This document shows, piece after piece, positions 1 through 5,735 of a stretch of 13,483 bases of DNA. The first letter of the stretch is position 1. The number at the start of each line of letters is the position of its first letter. A model generated the notes under the pieces. The model saw only the letters and a program-made list of their open reading frames with translations. It did no database searches and was not told where the DNA came from. The DNA is from an uncultured archaeon. GTDB lineage: Archaea; Asgardarchaeota; Lokiarchaeia; Sigyniarchaeales; SOKP01. A program made the translations under genes and the position numbers. The DNA lies in contig CAZDTP010000081.1 of assembly GCA_964508365.1 (NCBI GenBank), forward strand, positions 1 through 13,483, read 5' to 3'.

Positions 1-10
1 AGGGAAAATC

Positions 11-24
11 AGTACGAGAGGAAC
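11..24 (+). other. Sarcin-ricin loop (H95) of 23S rRNA, archaeal/eukaryotic variant AGUACGAGAGGAAC
   Basis: Exact motif match; the bacterial consensus ends GGACC, whereas this copy ends GGAAC. Confidence 0.95.
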
Positions 25-142
25 ATTTTGCCGGCGCCTCTGGTGTACCGGTTGTCTGACAAGGCATCGCCGGGCAGCTACGCGCTAACTGATAAGTGCT
101 GAAAGCATCTAAGCACGAAGCAGGTCCCGAAAAGAGTCATCC

Positions 143-331
143 AATCTTACTTCATATTGTATAAGTGGTATATTGATTATTTTGTTTAGCCGAGTTGACA
201 AGGTTCTCCTGTGAAGACCGGACGTCAGCTTAAAGTGTGTGTAAAAGCGTACGGGCAAGGCTATAAATGGAATGATTGGTATGTAGCTTGTCGAGAGCGG
301 GGCGCGGTGACGCGAACCGTGGGAGCGAGAC
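143..331 (+). other. Enlarged helix-98 region of 23S rRNA (ES39-like expansion segment, ~190 nt)
   Basis: Sits between the conserved CCCGAAAAGAG block (126-136) and the H99/H100 block (332-354), where most prokaryotes have only a short hairpin. Folds by eye: hairpin 148-167; 24-bp G.U-rich helix 168-191/259-284 with a 2-nt bulge; inner arms 192-231 and 237-252; hairpin 297-320 with a GUGA (GNRA) tetraloop. Boundaries are approximate. Confidence 0.78.
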
Positions 332-427
332 GAGCGCACCCGTAAAAGACGGGTTTGGTGAGATGGGGGTGTACGTGCCGAGCTTTCGGGCGAGGTATTC
401 AGCCCGCCATTCTCAACAGCGCGAGTG

Positions 428-553
428 TGTGGCATTCGAAAGAGGAGCTCAAGGTTCAGGCTTAGAGTGAATCGGGTTTATGTGAGTGGAATGCGATACG
501 AGTTTGTTTTGCGAGATTGAATTGTGAGATGGAGGTGGGAGTGTGTTCCGGAT
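428..553 (+). repeat. Long direct repeat, copy A (23S rRNA trailer)
   Basis: Matches 12830-12954: 66/71 identical over 428-498, an identical 18-mer TTGTTTTGCGAGATTGAA (504-521) and an identical 20-mer GGTGGGAGTGTGTTCCGGAT (534-553), separated by short indels. Confidence 0.95.
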
Positions 554-590
554 TTAACTTTTTTTTTGTAAATTTTTTTGTGATCATTTT
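554..590 (+). terminator. Oligo-T tract, probable archaeal intrinsic terminator of the rRNA transcript
   Basis: T9 (559-567) and T7 (573-579) runs directly after the trailer repeat; archaeal RNA polymerase terminates at oligo-T tracts. Confidence 0.5.
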
Positions 591-614
591 ATAGTTTGAT
601 TTAGATTGAATTTT

Positions 615-1232
615 ATGAAGGATTACTTGCGGTTAAACGAGAAAAATATTGTCAAGTATAAGGACAAATACAACTGGCAAGGAAATGGGAAAATGGTTCA
701 CGATCCCATAGTCATAGATTCGATTCCTCCTCATTATAGTAAATTAAAACTAAAGAATTTGAAGAGATTTATAGATATTTCGGATCTTTCGTTGGACTAT
801 GTTTATTTAACTGGTTGTAGATATGTATCAATAGAGGGATGTGAATTTAAATATTTTAATTTGACATCATGCCAGAACATGGTAGTAAGGCGCAATTTTC
901 TTCCTATCTTTATTCTTCTTTACAGTAGAAATAATAAGATCGTTGGGAATCAAATATCTGAAAGAGATTACGATATGGTAAAAAAATCTTTAGGTGCACG
1001 CGAAGATAATAAAAAACTTAATTTAGTATTAGGTTTAATAGTTGCCCTAATTTTTTTCATATTGTCCTATGGTGGGAGTCACTACAGTACCTTTGTATAT
1101 TTAATTTTTTTCGTTATCGTATTGGGAGTTCTCGTTTATTTTAAAATTCAAATCATAGTTCTCATAAAACGAAGCAATACTCTTCCAGATAACATTTTTA
1201 CAAAGAATGTAAAAATACCTGTAGAAATATGA
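615..1232 (+). CDS. Hypothetical membrane protein: short right-handed parallel beta-helix (PbH1/NosD-like) repeats plus two C-terminal TM helices
   Basis: ORF track gives 606 (TTG); ATG at 615 preferred. Three consecutive coils: DYVYLTGCRYVSIEGCEF / KYFNLTSCQNMVVRRNFL / PIFILLYSRNNKIVGNQI (795-956). Two hydrophobic stretches: LNLVLGLIVALIFFILSY and TFVYLIFFVIVLGVLVYF. No N-terminal signal peptide. Confidence 0.6.
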   Translation: MKDYLRLNEKNIVKYKDKYNWQGNGKMVHDPIVIDSIPPHYSKLKLKNLKRFIDISDLSLDYVYLTGCRYVSIEGCEFKYFNLTSCQNMVVRRNFLPIFILLYSRNNKIVGNQISERDYDMVKKSLGAREDNKKLNLVLGLIVALIFFILSYGGSHYSTFVYLIFFVIVLGVLVYFKIQIIVLIKRSNTLPDNIFTKNVKIPVEI

Positions 1233-1249
1233 TTTCCATTTTCGAAGTT

Positions 1250-1278
1250 GAGATTGAAGGGTGTGAGTTTGTTCCGGA
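1250..1278 (+). repeat. Short copy (C) of the repeat core: GAGATTGAAG-GGTGTGAGTTTGTTCCGGA
   Basis: GAGATTGAAG is identical to copy B at 12919-12928. The next 19 nt match the A/B core at 17/19. Starts 17 nt after the stop codon at 1232. Confidence 0.8.
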
Positions 1279-1303
1279 GTTTTTACTCCAATTTTATTTT
1301 TCT
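1276..1303 (+). terminator. Hairpin GGAGT-TTTT-ACTCC followed by T-rich tract
   Basis: Perfect 5-bp stem 1276-1280/1285-1289, then ATTTTATTTTTTCT. The same layout recurs at 13396-13432. Confidence 0.5.
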
Positions 1304-1311
1304 ATTTCACA

Positions 1312-1364
1312 AATTAGCTTAAATAGTGAATTTCGTATTGAAAGGTAAATTCAGCGTCTGATTT
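1312..1364 (+). repeat. Diverged intergenic block Z, copy 1
   Basis: 37/54 aligned positions identical to 12990-13043, including TTTC-TATT and GGTAAATT. Lies at nearly the same distance from TCCGGA (34 vs 37 nt). Confidence 0.55.
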
Positions 1365-1437
1365 CAATTACAAAATTTTTATTTTTCCAAGAAAGTTAGC
1401 TGAAGAAATTGTTATTGAGGAGAAATTAAAGCCTCAT

Positions 1438-2364
1438 TTGCCTACGAATTATACTCTAATAAAATATAAAAGTTTTATATTAGAAATGGAAAAGATTATC
1501 TCATTCTTGAGCAATTTTAATTTAACTTTAGAAGAAATTTCTAAAGATGAGATTTTGTTATCAAGGGATGGTTCTAATTCTACTGCCCTTTTATATATTA
1601 AAATAAATAAAAGTACAAATACTGAAGATATTCTATTTTGCTCACTTGGAATTAATAAAAAAAATAAGATTGATAAAGACATTGAGGATGAGTTAATATC
1701 ATTCATCTGGGATATTCTTAAGGATAATTTTACCGATTTTTCGATATTAGAACATGAATCTTCTGCAATAGAACCTAATGAATCAGACAAGGATGTATTA
1801 ATTAAAATTTTAAATAATTCTTGCGAAAGACCTTATCTAGACTTTAAAAAAGAAGTTGGATTAATTAATAAGACTCAAAAAGCAGAATTTATTAAAGATG
1901 CAATAGCATTAACTAATATGGCATATTTAAATGGAAATATATCATATTTAATTATAGGCATCGAGGAAATAAACTGTCAGATTAAATCTTTCAATAATAT
2001 TGAGAATTATGAAATCCTTAGACAACAAATATCTCAGATAATTGAAGAAAATATTGATTTCGCACCAAATATAGAATTCACTTTTTTCAAAATTTATGAT
2101 TTATTCACTTGGCAACAGAATAACGAGGTATCTGAAGATCTGATATTTAATAAAATACATCAGGACGATTCAAAACAAGAAAAAATATTAATGGTTAAAT
2201 TCCACCGTATTCCTAACCGAGTCTGCGATTTAAAGGATGATTATACTTTTCAAAATAAAAATGGAAGACCAGATAAATATGATAGGGGAATTTCTTGGAT
2301 GAGAATTGGATCTCATACATATAAAATTAATGAACAACATCGAATTTTTCTTCGAGAGAAGTAA
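1438..2364 (+). CDS. Schlafen/AlbA_2-domain protein with an uncharacterised N-terminal domain
   Basis: C-terminal half shows the AlbA_2 pattern E-x4-DFK (CERPYLDFK, from 1822), AEFIKDAIALTN, YLIIGIEE and terminal WMRIGSHT. Start is either TTG 1438 or ATG 1486. Very AT-rich (14/60 G+C at 1801-1860). Confidence 0.75.
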   Translation: MPTNYTLIKYKSFILEMEKIISFLSNFNLTLEEISKDEILLSRDGSNSTALLYIKINKSTNTEDILFCSLGINKKNKIDKDIEDELISFIWDILKDNFTDFSILEHESSAIEPNESDKDVLIKILNNSCERPYLDFKKEVGLINKTQKAEFIKDAIALTNMAYLNGNISYLIIGIEEINCQIKSFNNIENYEILRQQISQIIEENIDFAPNIEFTFFKIYDLFTWQQNNEVSEDLIFNKIHQDDSKQEKILMVKFHRIPNRVCDLKDDYTFQNKNGRPDKYDRGISWMRIGSHTYKINEQHRIFLREK

Positions 2365-2504
2365 TTCTTCATTTTTTTAGAGTAATATCTATTTTTAGTA
2401 TTAATATCCATTTTTTCAGAAAAATAAGGATTTTTTATTAATTTTTCCTTTAAATATAGGTTTATAATGGTATAGTTATAAATTTGTGTGTTGATGGGGT
2501 CTAC

Positions 2505-2514
2505 ATATTTAAAA
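2505..2514 (+). promoter_or_regulatory. Putative TATA box (ATATTTAAAA) for the HEAT-LRR gene
   Basis: TTTAAAA lies 27-33 nt upstream of ATG 2541, the usual archaeal spacing for a short-leader mRNA. AT-rich context lowers specificity. Confidence 0.4.
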
Positions 2515-2540
2515 GAAGTGGAAAGAAGAGATCATTGGAG

Positions 2541-4121
2541 ATGTCCGACTTAAATCCGACCGAGATATACCGTAGGTATCAACGCAACGAGTTAGACAAG
2601 CTGCTGGCTGTTGATTATTTAAAATCGATTATCGAGAGCAATAGCGAGGAGGAATCGAGGGTACGGTCCGTTGAGATATTAGGCGAGATGAATTTAGATG
2701 CAGGTGAGGTTTTTGAGTTTTTCGAGCAATTGGTAACTTCAGATTTAAACGAAAAAGTCAGGTTAACAGCAGCTCAAGTAGTTATAAATAATTTTTTAGA
2801 AAAAGGAGAAAAACTTCTGCGATGGGTTTTTCAACACGAACAATCATGTGAATGTTTATTAGGAATATATAACACACTTTCTAGCAAGGAAACTGCTCTT
2901 GTAGAAGATTTATTATCATTAATGGAAGAAACTATTGGCAAGAAGTATCTAGTTTACCACGACTTATTAAATAAAGAAGCTATGGCATTAGAATTGTTAG
3001 GACAGCACCTATGCAATTTATATGTTTTTTTTGAGTTGGAAAAATGGAATTTTACAGATCTCACGATAAAGAATCAACGAGTTGTTTCAATCAGAATAGA
3101 AAATTTATACAATTCAATTAACTCGAAATTTTTCAGTCTTTTTTCTGGTTTACAAGAATTGGTATTGATTGATTGTAAACTCAGCGATGCATTTTATTTG
3201 AGCGCGATTTCAAGTTTAAGGATTACTGGAACTGAAGAGGGTCGACTGGATAGTATTGATGACATAAAAGGCTTCGAGAAATTAAAAAATCTAAGAAATT
3301 TAGATTTAAGTACCAATAATATTTCAGAAATAACAAAATTAGAAAATTTAACGAATTTAGTAAATCTTAACCTCTCTCATAACAATATCAGTGAGATCAA
3401 AGGGTTTGAAACCTTGAAAAATCTAGAAGTCTTAAATTTAGAATTTAATAATATTAAGGAAATTAAAAATCTTGAAAACCTTGTTAACTTGAGAGAGTTA
3501 AATCTATCTGAAAATAAAGATATTACTGAAATTAAAAGTCTTGGGAAATTAAAAAATTTAGAGATCTTAATACTTTATAATAATTACAGGATAAACGAGA
3601 TAAAAGGACTTGAAGGTTCGAAAAATCTTAGAATATTAAATATTTCAAAAGATAGCTACATGATTGACAAAGAGGGAATCGAAGCGTTTTTAAATTGGAG
3701 ATCTGCGTTTAAGGATGGAATGGATGTCAAGGAGATTCTCAAAAATCAGGAGATTCTCAACGATAAATATAAGGAAAACAGAAAAAAACTAGAGGAAAAT
3801 AGAGATTACATTAAAGAAATAAAAGGACTGGATACACTGACTAATCTAGAGGAGCTTTCACTCGAAGGAAATTCGATATCGGAGATAAAGGGACTGGAAA
3901 AATTAAAAAAACTAAGGCTTCTAGATTTGAGTAGAAATAAAATAAAAGAAATAAAAGGTCTGGAGAATTTGAAGAAATTACAAACCTTAATTCTCACTAA
4001 TAATAACATAACTCCTATCGAAGGTCTTGAAGGTCTTGAAAACGACTCAGGAGTATCTGAACCTCAAAAATTTGTAGAATATTGTTATGAAAAAAAACGG
4101 GCTATAAACAACAAAATTTAG
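2541..4121 (+). CDS. HEAT-like N-terminal domain + SDS22-type leucine-rich repeat protein (526 aa)
   Basis: ATG 2541 (MSDLNPTEIY) preferred over GTG 2484. HEAT-like helices ESRVRSVEILGEM and EKVRLTAAQVV. Nine 22-23-aa repeats LxxLxxLxLxxNxIxEIKGL from ~3270 to ~4030, one interrupted by a 54-aa insert. No signal peptide or TM helix. Confidence 0.88.
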   Translation: MSDLNPTEIYRRYQRNELDKLLAVDYLKSIIESNSEEESRVRSVEILGEMNLDAGEVFEFFEQLVTSDLNEKVRLTAAQVVINNFLEKGEKLLRWVFQHEQSCECLLGIYNTLSSKETALVEDLLSLMEETIGKKYLVYHDLLNKEAMALELLGQHLCNLYVFFELEKWNFTDLTIKNQRVVSIRIENLYNSINSKFFSLFSGLQELVLIDCKLSDAFYLSAISSLRITGTEEGRLDSIDDIKGFEKLKNLRNLDLSTNNISEITKLENLTNLVNLNLSHNNISEIKGFETLKNLEVLNLEFNNIKEIKNLENLVNLRELNLSENKDITEIKSLGKLKNLEILILYNNYRINEIKGLEGSKNLRILNISKDSYMIDKEGIEAFLNWRSAFKDGMDVKEILKNQEILNDKYKENRKKLEENRDYIKEIKGLDTLTNLEELSLEGNSISEIKGLEKLKKLRLLDLSRNKIKEIKGLENLKKLQTLILTNNNITPIEGLEGLENDSGVSEPQKFVEYCYEKKRAINNKI

Positions 4122-4142
4122 ATAAGTTTTATTAAACTCCCA

Positions 4143-5681
4143 TTATCTAGCTACTGATCCATCGGAAGCAATCTCTATAACCTTTCTTATCGCATCTGGA
4201 ATCCCAACTAAAGCTATGGAAGCAATAAAATTAGCAATATTTTTGAAATTGCGCGCAATTCTATTTTCTCCATCTACAGGGGGTCTATAATTTAGAAAGT
4301 CATCAATATGTGACTGAGGATCTGAAACAGGTGGAAATTCCGATGGATTGTCACGTTCGGGATTATCTACAAAGTAATTAGGGTTCGGATCGTTATCATT
4401 GTTCTCTTTCTTTCCTTCGTTATAACAGTATTGCATGGCACACGCAGTATAGTATACTGACCAACACAATAATTCTTCTACCTTATTATAATAGTATTGA
4501 TGATTACTGTTTAATCGTCCTTCACTCTTTAAGTCATCATCCCAATCCCAATAAATATCAGTGTTATATGTACTATAGTTTATAAATAACCCACTGTTCT
4601 CAGCGATAGCATGATTATTTCCATTTATTGGGATATGTTGATGATTTCCGTCAGTCCTGAATGCTATCTTTATTGCTTCATCAGCCATTCGTGCAACTGC
4701 TATGTCAGGAGGTATGGGAATTATGGGAAGCAAAGTTACTTTATATGTATCCCAAGAAAATATCGTTTGTTCAGGACCTCCATTTGATCCAAGCTTTTTA
4801 TCCCATTTCGTCATATTAGCAAGATAGTTTTCAAACCAATTATGGAATAGCGCTTTTGAATATACATGTGGGTGCATATTTCTCTCAATTATATGTGCTG
4901 GAACCACAAGATCAGCAAGATAATGCGTCATTGAACCTAACCATCCTGAAGCTCCTTCTGGTTGCATTGCAGATATTTTATTACCATTATCATCTGTTTT
5001 TGTATTACTTATGCATTTAATTGCCTCTTTTCCTAGCAATAACGCAGTTGTAGCAGATCCAGTATATACAGGGATAAAATTATAAATTCCCGTATCAGAT
5101 CTTATATACTTAAAATGGTATCTATGTTTATTTTCTTGACCAACCCACATGTTGGGGATTTCAAAATCTTTAATAATTACACCTTCAGAGGGTATATCTA
5201 TTTTTTGAATATCTGGATAGTCATTCTTTTTCATATCTGGCATTTGAGTCGCGAAGATAAAAGTATAGTAACTCCTTATAGTGCGATGAAATCCAGAAGA
5301 GGCTCCATAATCTTCTTTCCAAGAAGGCCATTTATTCCTTGCTATATCTGAATTTATTAACCAAGTCCAATCACCAAAATGTAATGGATTTTTAATAGCA
5401 TTTCGCAAAGTTCGTAGTGCGGCATCAGCGATCCAATCATGAGTACCATAGTGAGAACCATCATAAAACTGATCTTCATCAATTCCTTTTTTCCCAAAAA
5501 TAAAATCAGATGGTTTTTTTGGTGCTTTGTAATAATCTTCTGTTGAAAAGTTTCCAGGAAATCCCATTCCCCAATAATTTGGACCATTCCTACACGCTAA
5601 TGAGTCGGCGATTACTACTTCAAGAAAAACTATTACAACAATCGCACTTAATAGCATTAAACATTTCTTTTTTGTTTTCAT
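4143..5681 (-). CDS. Secreted zinc-dependent phospholipase C / S1-P1 nuclease-fold protein
   Basis: Signal peptide (KTKKK + LMLLSAIVVIVFL + SLA). Motifs GTHDWIAD (H81), QMPD (D149), HRYH, HYLADLVVPAH (H253, D257, H263) and FHNWFE (H280, E284). Spacing parallels Bacillus cereus PC-PLC H14/D55/H69/H118/D122/H128/H142/E146. Substrate not determinable. Confidence 0.8.
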   Translation of the reverse strand: MKTKKKCLMLLSAIVVIVFLEVVIADSLACRNGPNYWGMGFPGNFSTEDYYKAPKKPSDFIFGKKGIDEDQFYDGSHYGTHDWIADAALRTLRNAIKNPLHFGDWTWLINSDIARNKWPSWKEDYGASSGFHRTIRSYYTFIFATQMPDMKKNDYPDIQKIDIPSEGVIIKDFEIPNMWVGQENKHRYHFKYIRSDTGIYNFIPVYTGSATTALLLGKEAIKCISNTKTDDNGNKISAMQPEGASGWLGSMTHYLADLVVPAHIIERNMHPHVYSKALFHNWFENYLANMTKWDKKLGSNGGPEQTIFSWDTYKVTLLPIIPIPPDIAVARMADEAIKIAFRTDGNHQHIPINGNNHAIAENSGLFINYSTYNTDIYWDWDDDLKSEGRLNSNHQYYYNKVEELLCWSVYYTACAMQYCYNEGKKENNDNDPNPNYFVDNPERDNPSEFPPVSDPQSHIDDFLNYRPPVDGENRIARNFKNIANFIASIALVGIPDAIRKVIEIASDGSVAR

Positions 5682-5688
5682 TTTTTAT

Positions 5689-5695
5689 TCACCTC
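5689..5695 (-). promoter_or_regulatory. Shine-Dalgarno site GAGGTGA of the PLC-fold gene
   Basis: TCACCTC on the + strand, 7 nt upstream of the ATG at 5681; complementary to the archaeal 16S 3' end. Confidence 0.75.
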
Positions 5696-5735
5696 GTTTT
5701 AAATTTAAATTTAATATAATTTTTTGTCATTAGGC

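Larger units (their letters stand above)
1..427 (+). rRNA. rrl: 23S (LSU) rRNA, 3'-terminal part (domain VI), archaeal type; 5' part lies outside the window
   Basis: Sarcin-ricin loop AGTACGAGAGGAAC at 11-24. Conserved GATAAGTGCTGAAAGCATCTAAGCACGAA at 91-119 (H96/H97 region). Perfect H100-like hairpin ACCCGT-AAAAG-ACGGGT at 338-354. H101-like arm GAGATGG (360-366) pairs with CCATTCTC (407-414). Ends ...CTCAACAGCGCGAG, resembling archaeal 23S termini. Exact 3' end uncertain by a few nt. Confidence 0.96.

Noticed and set aside
109-470. ORFs 109-435 (-) and 276-470 (+)
   Set aside because: They overlap the 23S rRNA gene and have no protein-like motifs. No homing-endonuclease (LAGLIDADG) ORF is present in the H98 insert.
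534-553. Y motif as an integron attC site or CRISPR repeat
   Set aside because: GTTCCGG does not fit the GTTRRRY core, there is no matching RYYYAAC or attC-like palindrome, and no IntI gene. Copies are 0.4-11.7 kb apart rather than separated by 30-40-nt spacers, and there are no cas genes.
1416-1436. Hairpin TGAGG...CCTCA sequestering GAGGAG upstream of TTG 1438
   Set aside because: Only a 5-bp stem with an 11-nt loop. The SD-start spacing (15 nt) is long and the true start may be ATG 1486.
3270-4030. LRR array as the variable region of a diversity-generating retroelement
   Set aside because: No reverse transcriptase or Avd gene and no template/variable repeat pair differing at adenines. 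Similarity among units is ordinary LRR periodicity.
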